This document shows positions 19,460 through 29,706 of a stretch of DNA of 64,000 nt, in pieces (within the stretch, counting starts at the first letter, position 1; each line of letters begins with the position of its first letter). Origin of the DNA: Candidatus Spongiisociaceae bacterium (GTDB lineage: Bacteria; Actinomycetota; Acidimicrobiia; Spongiisociales; Spongiisociaceae); assembly GCA_965219685.1 (NCBI GenBank), contig CBDCOH010000002.1:2816001-2880000 (forward strand). Reading direction: 5' to 3'. The position numbers and the translations under genes are program-made. The notes under the pieces are model-generated. The model was not told the DNA's origin, made no database searches, and worked only from the letters and a program-made list of their open reading frames with translations.

Positions 19460-20269
19460 TCACAGCAGGTCGCTCAGGTCATCTTCGAGATTCGTGAAGT
19501 CAATATGGCCTTTCTGCTGGCACACCGCGATGTTGAGGTACTCCAACGGGGCGTCGGTGTGGTTGATGATCCCGTGCGAACCTCCGATTCGATTGGGGAT
19601 ACAGTCACCTTTGGTCACGTCGCCGACCTCGCCATCGACTTTCATCCGCCCCCGACCGCCGATGATCACGTAGCACTCCTGGATGGTGTCATGACGGTGA
19701 TAACCGACCGAGGTGCCGGGAGGCATGAAGGCGTGGTCGACGAAACCCCAATTCGTGGTGAAGACATCGCTGTCGAAGAGGCGCCGGGCGCGGATCTCCC
19801 CTAAGCCTACGTGAGCGCGGCGCGGCGTGAGCAAGGTCGGATCGAGACGTTGGACCAACTCCAACTCACTGTCGTCGGACTCCCGGCCCGTGAGATCATC
19901 GTCCAGCGGCACAGCATCGAACGGTCCATCCTGTGGAGCCACACCGATCCCGACGAAGCTGGTCCAGTGATCGGTGTGATTGAAGATGCCGTGGGCGTCG
20001 CCGGCCCGGCACAGCGCCACCGAGCGCGACTCGACCACACCGAAGTGCTCGTTGTGTGCCACCGACAGCGGACCGTCGATCACCACCAGGCACTCTTCGG
20101 ACTGTTCGTGGAGATGGAGGCCAAGGCTGTGGCCGGGCCCGAGGCGGCCCGCCTTGATGAACGCGAACGACGTCTCGAAGTCCGATCGGTCCAGCATCGT
20201 TATCTCGCCGGCGCCTCCCTTCTCCCGCCGAGCGGTGAACGGACCGGTTTCGTAGTTACGGATTCTCAT
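19460..20269 (-). CDS. Bicupin (two cupin domains)
   Basis: GLHLHEQSEE..HGIFN and GYHRHDTIQE..HGIIN metal motifs. Confidence 0.85.
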   Translation of the reverse strand: MRIRNYETGPFTARREKGGAGEITMLDRSDFETSFAFIKAGRLGPGHSLGLHLHEQSEECLVVIDGPLSVAHNEHFGVVESRSVALCRAGDAHGIFNHTDHWTSFVGIGVAPQDGPFDAVPLDDDLTGRESDDSELELVQRLDPTLLTPRRAHVGLGEIRARRLFDSDVFTTNWGFVDHAFMPPGTSVGYHRHDTIQECYVIIGGRGRMKVDGEVGDVTKGDCIPNRIGGSHGIINHTDAPLEYLNIAVCQQKGHIDFTNLEDDLSDLL

Positions 20270-20448
20270 GATCTGTCCTTATGCGAGGGTGGCTCGAGCC
20301 CGTCGTCGCCCCTCGCGGTGTCGAGCTGCTAAGCCACTGCTAGCGAAAACAGCAGTTTCACGCCGGGGCGGCGATCTGGAGGAGTCCCCCCCCTCTCGAC
20401 CATGCATCCTAGGGCCGAGGTACGGCACCCGCTCAACCACACTTCTCC

Positions 20449-20937
20449 CTAGTGTGGGAGCCGTCCCGGCGGCGGCTGCAGCAGTTCCAAGACAATCTGG
20501 TCCGGATCATGGAAGTAGACCGCGTACCCGCCCTCATTCACGCCCGCCATGATGCGGTTCGGCTCTGAGAAGAAGGAGACGCCCGCCGCACTCAGCCGGT
20601 CGTACCACCCGTGAATGTCGTCGACCGCCACCGCTAGGTGGGCGGCGCCAGGATTGGCAATGCCGATATCCCCTCGCTGTCCCAACGGTCTCACGTACTG
20701 CACGAGCTCGAGGTCGTGCGTGGAGAGCTGACGAGGCCGGCCGGGCACCGCCAACTGGGCAACGACGATCCGGGCGTCCGGGTAGCCGACCAGGCTCCGC
20801 GTGTACGGGTTGTCCTGAACCTGACGATGGACCAACTCGAACGACAGCAACCCCACGTAGAACTCGACAGAGCGATCCATGTCGGACACGGTGAAGCTGA
20901 AATGCCAGACACCATGGACACCTCCGACGGTTGCCAT
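20449..20937 (-). CDS. VOC/glyoxalase family protein
   Basis: HFSFTVSDMDRS, LELVQY, HLAVAVDD, YFHDPDQIVLEL. Confidence 0.9.
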   Translation of the reverse strand: MATVGGVHGVWHFSFTVSDMDRSVEFYVGLLSFELVHRQVQDNPYTRSLVGYPDARIVVAQLAVPGRPRQLSTHDLELVQYVRPLGQRGDIGIANPGAAHLAVAVDDIHGWYDRLSAAGVSFFSEPNRIMAGVNEGGYAVYFHDPDQIVLELLQPPPGRLPH

Positions 20938-21153
20938 TCAGTCAATCCCTTCTTCCTGCAAGCGGAGGGGGGCCCTCCGTGCTGAACCCGAGCTCCCCGT
21001 ATTCTCGGAAAGCCCTCGTACTCTCCTGCCACACTAGGATATGTTCTCTGCCGTCGCCCACCTTTGCAGCTCTGGTATCCACTTCGCCAACCTCGCCGAC
21101 AAAACGGCTTCCGACCGGGTTGGGCGACCTCCTGACGATCCGCCAACCCGCAT

Positions 21154-22203
21154 TCACGACCCCAGAAGGCTTGGTCTGTTGCAAGCAGTCTCCAGGTGAC
21201 CACCCACCCTGTCGGTAGTGGAAGGGTTAGGCGGACTCAACATTTCGAGTATCTCAACTACATGAAGGGCCACATCGGGTGCCGCACGAGCAGCCGTCCC
21301 GCGACGTATCGCATCCGCCATATCTATGACTCCGATCCCGCGCTGGTTCGAGCTATGACTAGTAGTCTCCTGCTCCACCCTGACAGGATGCCAATTGCGT
21401 TCGTCGTGCCTACGCCACCGTGCTAGGGCCGAGAACGTGTCGGGATTCGGTAGGCACAGCACACCTTCGGTACCGAACACTTGCAGAATCGGCACCTCGC
21501 TCGACGGCGTGTCACCATAGCGTAGGGTTAGTACACACAGGACATCGCCCGCAAACCTAATACTGCAGGAAGCGAAGATCGCTGACGGATCCAGTAGAGG
21601 TGTGACATAAGAGAGTCTAGAGATCCCCGACACCGCGGAGGCAGAACCAAAGAGGTTGACGAGCGCCGAAAGATAATACGGCGCCATGTTGAAGAGCGGA
21701 ATCACTCCGGTTCGGTGTCGTTCGAGTACAGGTAAGGGCCGTAGCATGGAGGCAAATCCTGAGATTGGCTTTCCGATCAGGCCCTGATCCATTGCCCGGC
21801 GACCGGCTTGGAAGCCTGGACCGAGGACGGTGTCCGGTGCACAACCTATGCTCAACCCGGCCTTCTCCGCAGCAGCCAGCAATGTGGCGCCCTCGCTTGT
21901 GGTCAATGCGAGAGGCTTCTCACTGTAGACGTGCTTTCCGGATTCAAGGATGCGAAGACTTGTCTCGTAGTGAGACGGGATAGGTGTGAGGTTGACGATA
22001 AGGTCGAGTTCCTCACAGTCAAGTATGTCCTCGCCATGGAACACCTTTGGGATATCATACGCCCGAGCCAATCGCCCAGCCGCCCGGTCATCTAGATCAC
22101 CGACGCCGATCACTCTGATCCCGGCACTAGCCGCCAGGTTCGGTAGATACTGACCGGCGACCTCTCCCGCACCGAGAATACCCACTCCCGTTGGCTGAGT
22201 CAC
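21154..22203 (-). CDS. Gfo/Idh/MocA oxidoreductase
   Basis: VGILGAG, VNLTP, GKHVYSEKPLA, GCAPDT, RGIGVIDMA; start uncertain. Confidence 0.88.
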   Translation of the reverse strand: MTQPTGVGILGAGEVAGQYLPNLAASAGIRVIGVGDLDDRAAGRLARAYDIPKVFHGEDILDCEELDLIVNLTPIPSHYETSLRILESGKHVYSEKPLALTTSEGATLLAAAEKAGLSIGCAPDTVLGPGFQAGRRAMDQGLIGKPISGFASMLRPLPVLERHRTGVIPLFNMAPYYLSALVNLFGSASAVSGISRLSYVTPLLDPSAIFASCSIRFAGDVLCVLTLRYGDTPSSEVPILQVFGTEGVLCLPNPDTFSALARWRRHDERNWHPVRVEQETTSHSSNQRGIGVIDMADAIRRGTAARAAPDVALHVVEILEMLSPPNPSTTDRVGGHLETACNRPSLLGS

Positions 22204-22399
22204 CACGATGACTCTCTCCTTCCCGGACACCCGGTTACCGCCGTGTGGAGGGGTTGCAACCGGGCATACCCTCTGCTGTCGGGAAAAAACTGCCCTCCGT
22301 GGACGCATCCGAATACGGGATGGCACTGACAACGTGGTCGGAACAGGTCGTCTCCCGTTCGGTTTCGGATGAAAGAGTTGATGATCCACATGACTCGTC

Positions 22400-23251
22400 T
22401 CACTTCATGGCTCCGATTCGCAGGCCCTCCGTGAGCTTTCTCTCAGTAAACGTATACAAGACGATTATGGGAGAGATCGTTAGCATGAGGGACGCGAAGA
22501 GCGCCCCATAATCGGAACCGTACTGTCCTCGGAATTGTGTCAGCCCTACCGGTAATGTTCGGCTGTCGGGACTCAGCAGGAGAACCTGTCCCAAGCCGAG
22601 TTCGTTCCAGATGAAGATGACTTGGACAAGGCCCACTGCGAGCACCCCTCCCCACGAAAGCGGCAGTACGATGCGTTGGAAGGCTTTGAACTCGCTTGCT
22701 CCATCGATGTGCGCCGCCTCGATGAGGTCCAGCGGAAAGGAGGAGAAGTACGCACGCATCATCACGGCCGCGAAAGGAATAAGACGGGCAGCGTACATCA
22801 CACCAAGAGCTAACGGGTTACTCAGGACACCGAGACGGTCTGACAGCACGAAGAGTGGTATCCAGGTGACGATGAACGGCAGGGTGATGAGAAGGACGAA
22901 GTAACGATTCAGTAACCCACCGAACTTGGTACGGCTTCTGGCGATTGCATAGCCGGCAAACACGCCGGCTCCTACTCCGAGAACGACCCCTACACTGGTT
23001 GCGATCACGCTGTTGCGTGCGAACAGAATCAGTGGCTCTCCAAGGTTCGTGCCATCCCAGGCCCTATGGTAGTTCTCGAACAGCAGTCTTGATGGGAGGT
23101 TCAGCGGTTCGGCGATTATCTCGGTTTGTGACTTGAACGAGGAGAACAGACTTCCTACGACCGGAACGATCGTCACCAACGTCCATAGCAATAGGCAAAA
23201 AACCCCGAAGCCTTTGAGAATGCTGGCTGGTATGCTCCGTAGCGGCCACAT
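22400..23251 (-). CDS. Carbohydrate ABC permease (MalG-like)
   Basis: FENY, LIEAAHIDGAS, WNE, TLPVGL; start uncertain. Confidence 0.9.
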   Translation of the reverse strand: MWPLRSIPASILKGFGVFCLLLWTLVTIVPVVGSLFSSFKSQTEIIAEPLNLPSRLLFENYHRAWDGTNLGEPLILFARNSVIATSVGVVLGVGAGVFAGYAIARSRTKFGGLLNRYFVLLITLPFIVTWIPLFVLSDRLGVLSNPLALGVMYAARLIPFAAVMMRAYFSSFPLDLIEAAHIDGASEFKAFQRIVLPLSWGGVLAVGLVQVIFIWNELGLGQVLLLSPDSRTLPVGLTQFRGQYGSDYGALFASLMLTISPIIVLYTFTERKLTEGLRIGAMK

Positions 23252-23262
23252 CGTGATCGGTA

Positions 23263-24189
23263 TTACCCCGCCCGTTCGAGGCGTTTGGTCCGAATTATGG
23301 TGAGATACGCCATCGATAGTCCAGCTATCACCAGGCTCGTGACAATCGCCTGGGCTGTTGCATAGCCAAACCTCCGATTGACGAAGGCCTCGCGCCATAC
23401 GAAGGTTGCTGCGACTTCTGACAAGCGTCCCGGTCCACCCCGTGTCATTACGAATACCTGATCGAACACCCGGAAGCCAAACATGAACTGGATGAGGGTA
23501 ATAGTTGCGATGACATCTCGGATATGGGGAATACTGATATGTCGGACCCGCTGCAGTACGGACACTCCATCAATGGTTGCTGCTTCATGGATGTAGCGAG
23601 GTATATCCCTTAATGCTGCGATCAGAATGACCATCGGAAACCCGGCAAACTGGAGAACACTGACGAGAATGATCGTGAGGTTAACCGTGGCAGGATCACC
23701 AAGCCAGGGTCGGGAAAGGGACGGATGTATCCGTGCAAGAAGGTCATTGATGCCTCCGAAATTGCCGTCAAGAAAGAATGCCCACACAAGGCTGGTGAAG
23801 ACGATCGGCAGCAATACCGGAAGGAATATCAGGAATTTGAACACGGACGCGCCTCGGATCCTTCGGTCGATAGCCAAGGCGATAGCGCCACCGACTCCGA
23901 CCGTTCCGATCGTCATACCAATCGAATAGACCACTGTGTTCCGGATCGCCAATCTGGCGACTGGGTCACGTACAAGGTCGGAGTAGTTGTCAAGTCCGAT
24001 AAAGACGCCCGGACCGGCGCCAGTCCACTCAAGCAATGAGATTCGTGCCGAGTCTAGGAATGGATACAGGAGGAGGGTAGCTGACAGGGCGACTGCCGGT
24101 AGGGCGAAGAGAGCCCAGACGATGAAACGTCGGATACCTCCACCGGGTGGAGGTATCCGACTACCTTTCTGAGAAGTCGACCTGGTCAA
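23263..24189 (-). CDS. Carbohydrate ABC permease (MalF-like)
   Basis: FIGLDNY, HEAATIDG, FDQVFVMTRGGPG, GYATA. Confidence 0.92.
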   Translation of the reverse strand: MTRSTSQKGSRIPPPGGGIRRFIVWALFALPAVALSATLLLYPFLDSARISLLEWTGAGPGVFIGLDNYSDLVRDPVARLAIRNTVVYSIGMTIGTVGVGGAIALAIDRRIRGASVFKFLIFLPVLLPIVFTSLVWAFFLDGNFGGINDLLARIHPSLSRPWLGDPATVNLTIILVSVLQFAGFPMVILIAALRDIPRYIHEAATIDGVSVLQRVRHISIPHIRDVIATITLIQFMFGFRVFDQVFVMTRGGPGRLSEVAATFVWREAFVNRRFGYATAQAIVTSLVIAGLSMAYLTIIRTKRLERAG

Positions 24190-24232
24190 CTAAGTTCGCG
24201 CTCTCGGCCTTCTGGCGTGAGTTGAGCGTCTC

Positions 24233-25654
24233 CTAACCCGCCCGGAGTTCATCTGCAATGCGCTCCAGATCTGCCATGAGAGCCTCGGCAGTGATAGTGT
24301 CCACCAGCATCTCCACCCAGCCTTCGGCTATTCGATCCCGAAGCCGAATGTGCAGCAGAGTGTTCGGTGCCGGTCGACCCGCGAACTCATCGAGTGCCGA
24401 GAGCTGACTAAGAGCGAGTGGGGGAACTATCTCCGGATCTGGTGAAACATCCTTACGGCCCGAGAATCGTGAGTACTGGGCCATGTACGTCTGGAATTCC
24501 GCACCGGCGATATAGGAAATGAAATCCGCAGCCAACTCTGGATTGTCGCTATTGGCTGCAACCCCCAAGCCGTCAATTGTTGCCAACTGGAACTGGGTCG
24601 GTTCGGCTGTAAGCGACGGTAGGAGCAGCCAACTCCCTTCAAAAGGTAGGTCCGCAGCGTTGATTGCCGCCACTTCCCAACTACCGCTCATGAACATTCC
24701 TGCTTCTTCCGTGAAGAAGAGGGTCTGGCCAATGTCCCGATTAACGGTCGACGGCGAGTCTCCGTAGACTCCCCGATCATTCCACTCGGTATTGATGACC
24801 TCGAACGCTTCTACCGCACAGGCATCCGTGAACCTTGCAGTGGGAGTTGCTCCGGGCAGCCACCCTTGTTCCAGTGCCAGTGCCCAGTCGGTCCCACAGT
24901 TGCTCGCCATGTACTGGCCTGTAAACCACATTGTGGCTCTGAACCCGCTAGTTGCTAGCGCGAGGGGCGTCTTACCCGCATCCCTGAGAGCATCCGTGAT
25001 CGCGTACCAGTCCTCCATCGAGGCGACTCGTCCGGCATCGGGAGCATCGATTCCAAGTTCAGCGAACATGGTCTTGTTGTAATACACGACCGGGATCCAG
25101 TTGAGCCCGACGTTAATGGCAGAGTGCCCGCCATCTGCATCGGTGTAGGTCGCGACGATGGGACCGAGGAAAGCGTCCCCAAGGCCATCCTCCGCGTATA
25201 CGTCGCTGAGGTCCGCCAGAGTCCCGGTATTAACGAGGTCTTCCCAGGTACCGGCGAATCCGACCTGGAGCACGGTCACGTCCGGCGCCTCGTCGGTCGC
25301 GAGAATCCGCGGCAGGGTCGGGAAGTAATCGTTCCCGCCGACTATGGACTCCAGAATGATCGTGGTCCCCGGGTTCGCGGCCATGTACTGGTCAGCGCCG
25401 TCATGTATGAAATCCCAATCGGGGTGGACAGCCACCGTTATCTCGCCCGCGAGTCCGGCTGCGGCCGTCGTGGGCGGAGCCGTCGTAGCTGCGGCCGTCG
25501 TGGGCGGAGCCGTCGTAGCTGCGGCCGTCGTGGGCGGAGCCGTGGTAGCCGCGGTCGTATCTGGAGCGTCGTCGTCACCACACGCGGCGGCGATCAGGAC
25601 CAATACGACAGTGAGTGCAGCCCACTTCTTCTTCTGACCTGCGATGTTTCTCAT
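24233..25654 (-). CDS. Carbohydrate ABC substrate-binding lipoprotein
   Basis: Lipobox IAAC, Thr/Ala linker, YYNKTMF, AGMFMSGSW; GGAGGAG RBS. Confidence 0.9.
   Translation of the reverse strand: MRNIAGQKKKWAALTVVLVLIAAACGDDDAPDTTAATTAPPTTAAATTAPPTTAAATTAPPTTAAAGLAGEITVAVHPDWDFIHDGADQYMAANPGTTIILESIVGGNDYFPTLPRILATDEAPDVTVLQVGFAGTWEDLVNTGTLADLSDVYAEDGLGDAFLGPIVATYTDADGGHSAINVGLNWIPVVYYNKTMFAELGIDAPDAGRVASMEDWYAITDALRDAGKTPLALATSGFRATMWFTGQYMASNCGTDWALALEQGWLPGATPTARFTDACAVEAFEVINTEWNDRGVYGDSPSTVNRDIGQTLFFTEEAGMFMSGSWEVAAINAADLPFEGSWLLLPSLTAEPTQFQLATIDGLGVAANSDNPELAADFISYIAGAEFQTYMAQYSRFSGRKDVSPDPEIVPPLALSQLSALDEFAGRPAPNTLLHIRLRDRIAEGWVEMLVDTITAEALMADLERIADELRAG
25458..25547. repeat. 30-bp tandem repeat x3 encoding the TTAPPTTAAA linker
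   Basis: GCTGCGGCCGTCGTGGGCGGAGCCGT(C/G)GTA repeated three times inside the SBP gene. Confidence 0.9.
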
Positions 25655-25749
25655 AGGCTCCTCCATGTTGTAGGACGGCACCGTTTTGAGTGTTCTGGCA
25701 CCGTGTGTCGGCATGCGACTGCATAGTGCCGACGATCTATGTGTGACGT

Positions 25750-25778
25750 TCACTATACAGCGTTAATACTCACTATAC
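25750..25778 (-). promoter_or_regulatory. Direct-repeat operator/promoter upstream of the sugar ABC operon
   Basis: TCACTATAC at 25750-25758 and 25770-25778 (20-bp period); reads GTATAGTGA on the coding strand and contains a TATAGT -10-like hexamer. Confidence 0.45.
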
Positions 25779-25968
25779 GGGCTGAGGCTGCAAAAAATGC
25801 GGCTGTGCGCGTTAACGTGGGCAGGTCGAATCCTCGGAGTGCAGCGATCCGCTTGGTGCGGAGTCGGCCATCGGCATCGGCCGCCCACTCGGTGGTGCCC
25901 TGTGACAGACCCGGAGGCCACTATCTCTGTGTTTGGTGGAATGGTGGATCCGGGTTCGGCGGTGACTC

Positions 25969-26382
25969 CTAGGCCGTCCTTACCGGCGGGCCGTCGTATG
26001 CCGGGTCTCTCAGGTCGGATCCCTCCCGGTAGGCGGGGCTGTTAATCACCAGGTAGGTGAGGTTGCCCTTGAACTCGTAGGGAACTCCTCTGGGTATGAG
26101 GATGAAGTCGCCGGGTCCGAATCGTTGGGGCGGATCGTCGCCGACCCGGGCGATACCGTCCCCCTCCACGATGAACATGGCGCGGTCGGTCTCCTCGCAG
26201 GTGATCTGCTGCAGCCTGCCCCAGATCTTGATGTGGGTGATGCTGAGCGAATGTGTCTGATCGGGCATCGAGAACGCCGGATCGCGCTCCGTCGATCCGA
26301 TCGCCTTCTTCATGACCAGCGTGTCCTGATCGGGCCCAATCTCGGCGATCTCCGGCACGTCTTCGAGCCTAATGACGGGCAT
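25969..26382 (-). CDS. Cupin domain protein
   Basis: MFIVEGDG, GDFILIPRGVPY; GGGAGG RBS. Confidence 0.82.
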   Translation of the reverse strand: MPVIRLEDVPEIAEIGPDQDTLVMKKAIGSTERDPAFSMPDQTHSLSITHIKIWGRLQQITCEETDRAMFIVEGDGIARVGDDPPQRFGPGDFILIPRGVPYEFKGNLTYLVINSPAYREGSDLRDPAYDGPPVRTA

Positions 26383-26580
26383 CGGTCCTCCCTATGGTCG
26401 GCAAGCTCACGGAGAAAACCGTACACGCCGGAACGAGCTACCAGGGTTGGAGTCCGTCGGTCAGCAGTTCCGCAGATCGGTCCGAGCCGGGCGCGTATAG
26501 GCGCGGAACTCGGGCATATGCATCGGACTCCCTTCCCTAATCGCAAGGGCCGTGATGGGCGTTGGCAGGCTCCAAACCCT

Positions 26581-26703
26581 GCCGGCCGGATGATCTACAT
26601 GGACGCGGGGGAATCGGTGGACCAGGGCCCGACGGAGGACCTCATACGCAAGCCACAAAACGAGGACCTCAAGAGGTTCCTCGGTGCCATGTCAACCGCC
26701 TGA
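26581..26703 (+). pseudogene. C-terminal remnant of a polar amino-acid ABC ATPase (GlnQ-like)
   Basis: AGRMIYMDAGESVDQGPTEDLIRKPQNEDLKRFL resembles the ADRVIFMD.G..E.G....P....FL tail; no Walker motifs upstream. Confidence 0.55.
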
Positions 26704-26730
26704 CCGCAAATCGGAGACGAGCGACCCGTC

Positions 26731-28428
26731 TCAACCCGGGGGTATTACGGGCAGGACTATGTGTGACATCCGGACGGTGTCGTGGTAGACGGTTTGGCGG
26801 GCGACTCGTATCTGGTCGTCGTCGGCGATGGGGTTGCCGGTGTTGAGGTTGCGGTCGAAGCGGGGGAAGTTTGCACTGGCGATGTCAACCCTGATCCGGT
26901 GGCCCTTCTTGAACACGTTACTCGTCACCCAGAGGTCGATGGTGAACTCGTAGACCTCACCGGGCTCCAGCAGCACCTGGTGCTCGGCGCTCTCCCGGTA
27001 GCGGCCGCGGATGATCCCGTCGCATAGGTTCCTGGCGTACCCGTCGGGGTGTACGTCGACCAGCTTGGCGGTGAAGTCGGTGTCTTTCCCGTCGGTGGCG
27101 GCGAACAGCTTGACGATTACCGGCCCGGTGACCTCCAGGTCGGCCTCGATCGGGTCCGACGTGTAGACGAGGACGTCGTTGCGGTACTCGATCGGTCGCT
27201 GGTCGTAGGAGCCCCACTCGACGATCTCCGGGTTGCAGCAGGTGGTCCCGCCCATGGTGGGGGTCGCGAACGCCGGGTTGTACACGTACTCGTCGGCGGG
27301 CTCGTCGCCCGGCGGCTCGGTCGACAGCGTCCCGTCGCCCAGGAGCGAGTTGGCCGAACCCCGGCTGTGGAAGTACCACGGGGTGAACTCGGTGCGGGCC
27401 AGCGGCCATTCCTGCTCGTCCCGCCACTCGTCGGCGCCCATCGTGTAGATTCGCAGCGGTGGGTCCTCGTCAACCCCGTTGTCCTTCCCCTTCAGCCAGT
27501 GGTCGTACCACCGCAGCTGGATCTCGTCGACGTCCAGTACCGAGGCCTTGCCGAAGTCGACCTCCCCCGCGTGGGTCTCGGTGTTGGTGTGGTGGTGCCA
27601 CGGACCGATCACGACCCGCTGGTGGTTGCGGGCGAGCTCGGAGCCTCCCCTCTGCTGCATCCCCACGAAGTTGTTCATGGTGCCGCCGGCGAACACGTCG
27701 TACCAGCCGCCGATCTGCAGCACAGGGATCTTCACCCTCTCGTACTGCTCCTTGAGTGACATCCCCTTCCAGTAGTCGTCGTAGTCGGGATGGTCGAGCC
27801 ACCTCTGGAAGAAGTGGACGTCCTTGCCGCCGTACTCGGGTATGGCCCGCAGCGGCAGCTTCGAGAAGATGCGCTTCCAGTTGAAGCGGTCGATGAGCTG
27901 CCAGGTGCGCCCGCCCATCCGGAAGCTCCATGTGGCGTTGAGGTGCAGGGTGAAGGCCCCGCCCTGGTAGTGCGGCGAGTTGTGCAGGTTGTCGCCGATG
28001 ACCCGGGGCACGATCGCCTTCAGGTAGCGACTTCCCATCGCAGCCGCCATCCACTGCACGCCCCCGACGTACGAGTCGCCGTGCATGCCGATGTTCCCGT
28101 CGCACCAGGCCTGCGAGCCGAGCCACTCCAGGGTGTCGTACCCGTCCTCGTACTCCTGGATCCACGGGTTGAAACGGCCGTCCGAGTCGTTGCGCCCCCG
28201 GCAGTCCTGAGCGGCGAAGACGTACCCGTTCTGAGCGAAATAGATGGCGGAGTCGACCACCCATTCGGACATGTTGTCGTACGGGGTCCTGGCCAGGATC
28301 ACCGGGAAGGGACCCTCGTGCCGCGCAGGAAAGTAGATGTCGATGGACGTCTCGACGCCGTCGCGCATCGGCACCCTCACGTTGTTACGAACGTCGATAC
28401 CGGCAGGAAGGAAGGCGGTCTCCGCCAT
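26731..28428 (-). CDS. CocE/NonD family serine hydrolase
   Basis: VPMRDGV, RTPY, QDCRGR, GDSYVG nucleophile elbow, GGWYD, IGPWHH, NFPRFDRN. Confidence 0.94.
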   Translation of the reverse strand: MAETAFLPAGIDVRNNVRVPMRDGVETSIDIYFPARHEGPFPVILARTPYDNMSEWVVDSAIYFAQNGYVFAAQDCRGRNDSDGRFNPWIQEYEDGYDTLEWLGSQAWCDGNIGMHGDSYVGGVQWMAAAMGSRYLKAIVPRVIGDNLHNSPHYQGGAFTLHLNATWSFRMGGRTWQLIDRFNWKRIFSKLPLRAIPEYGGKDVHFFQRWLDHPDYDDYWKGMSLKEQYERVKIPVLQIGGWYDVFAGGTMNNFVGMQQRGGSELARNHQRVVIGPWHHHTNTETHAGEVDFGKASVLDVDEIQLRWYDHWLKGKDNGVDEDPPLRIYTMGADEWRDEQEWPLARTEFTPWYFHSRGSANSLLGDGTLSTEPPGDEPADEYVYNPAFATPTMGGTTCCNPEIVEWGSYDQRPIEYRNDVLVYTSDPIEADLEVTGPVIVKLFAATDGKDTDFTAKLVDVHPDGYARNLCDGIIRGRYRESAEHQVLLEPGEVYEFTIDLWVTSNVFKKGHRIRVDIASANFPRFDRNLNTGNPIADDDQIRVARQTVYHDTVRMSHIVLPVIPPG

Positions 28429-28628
28429 CGGTCGCCCTTCGTTGGCTCTCGGCCCGGACAATAACCGCCGACCCGCGGCACGGCTTCCCAGGATCTGCTT
28501 CGAGACCGGCCTGATCGTCCCACAGGCATAGCCCCGCGCCGTGAGGCACCAGGATCCTTGGATCGGCTTTGCCCGGGCATCCGACACCTCAGAAGGACTG
28601 CCCGCTGCGACCGGCTACCGTTTGGTCC

Positions 28629-29033
28629 ATGATGGACATGCACACCGACGACCCTTCACACCTCGCTGTGAGCGGCCTCGTGCAAACACCCGACCGCTAC
28701 GACCTCGAAGCCCTCGTCCGCCTCGGCGACAACCGGGAAGGGACCGACTCGGTAGTACCGGTACGCCGGGTGATCGACGCCGCCAGCCCCGCGGCTTCGG
28801 CCACGCACGTGACCGCTTTGAGCGCGGACGGCTCCTACTCTGCCTCGATCCCTCTCGGAGAAGCCGTTTCCAAGGGCGAGATCCATATCGACGAAGCGGC
28901 CGGGAACCCCCTGCCCATCCGGCTACTCGTTCCCGGAGGCATGACCTTGTGCTGGAACGTGAAGGGCCTGGGTCGGCTCCGGGTCACGGAGGGACCGGAA
29001 CCGGACAGCCTCCCGGAGGTCCTGACCCACTGA
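28629..29033 (+). CDS. Hypothetical protein, weak resemblance to the molybdopterin-oxidoreductase small domain
   Basis: LAVSGLV, SADGSYSASIPL, PIRLLVPG..CWNVKGL. Confidence 0.6.
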   Translation: MMDMHTDDPSHLAVSGLVQTPDRYDLEALVRLGDNREGTDSVVPVRRVIDAASPAASATHVTALSADGSYSASIPLGEAVSKGEIHIDEAAGNPLPIRLLVPGGMTLCWNVKGLGRLRVTEGPEPDSLPEVLTH

Positions 29034-29662
29034 TGACCGCCGACGCGGGGATGGCTTTCGCCCAGCTGTTCTCCCAGCGGCGCCGCGAACTCGACCTGTC
29101 GGTGGTCGACGTTGCGGTCAGCACCGGCCTGCCGATCGAGGTCGTGGTGGGCTGGGACCAGGGGAGGTCCGTGCCCGACGGTGACGACCTGGACAAGGTG
29201 TCCGACTTCCTCAAGCTTCCGAAACCCCTGCTCACGGAGGCTCTGCGGCGCGTGGCCGACCACCGCCTCGAGACAACCGGGCCGGACCTTCCCAGGCCGC
29301 CGGAGCCGGCGGAGGACCCCTTCGATGCCGCCGCGATGTCCCAGGAGGCCCTGCTCGACGACCCTTACCCCTCCACGACCGTCGGCGAGCGTCTTCGCCA
29401 ATTGCCGGGCATGGCCCGGCGCTCCTTCTCGGGCCTCTTCAACGATATTCGCCGGTACTGGAGCCGCAAGCGTCGCATGGCGAGAGCGCCGACCGCCTAC
29501 CCGTCCTACAGGGAGGACCGTGACCAACTGCTCACCTACCGGTTGAGAATGGTCTTCACGGCCGCGGGCACCGCGGTGCTCACCCTCGTCCTTCGCTGGT
29601 CGCTCGGCGGGCTGGGTACGTCGATCGCCGACCTGTGGAATGCTCTCACCGGGGCTCTCTGA
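29033..29662 (+). CDS. XRE-type HTH protein with C-terminal transmembrane helix
   Basis: RRRELDLSVVDVAVSTG..VVGWDQGRSVP HTH; hydrophobic C-terminus; TGATG coupling to the upstream gene. Confidence 0.7.
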   Translation: MTADAGMAFAQLFSQRRRELDLSVVDVAVSTGLPIEVVVGWDQGRSVPDGDDLDKVSDFLKLPKPLLTEALRRVADHRLETTGPDLPRPPEPAEDPFDAAAMSQEALLDDPYPSTTVGERLRQLPGMARRSFSGLFNDIRRYWSRKRRMARAPTAYPSYREDRDQLLTYRLRMVFTAAGTAVLTLVLRWSLGGLGTSIADLWNALTGAL

Positions 29663-29706
29663 CACAGATGTTCCTCACACGCGCTCGCGACGGCTAGGAT
29701 CATCCT

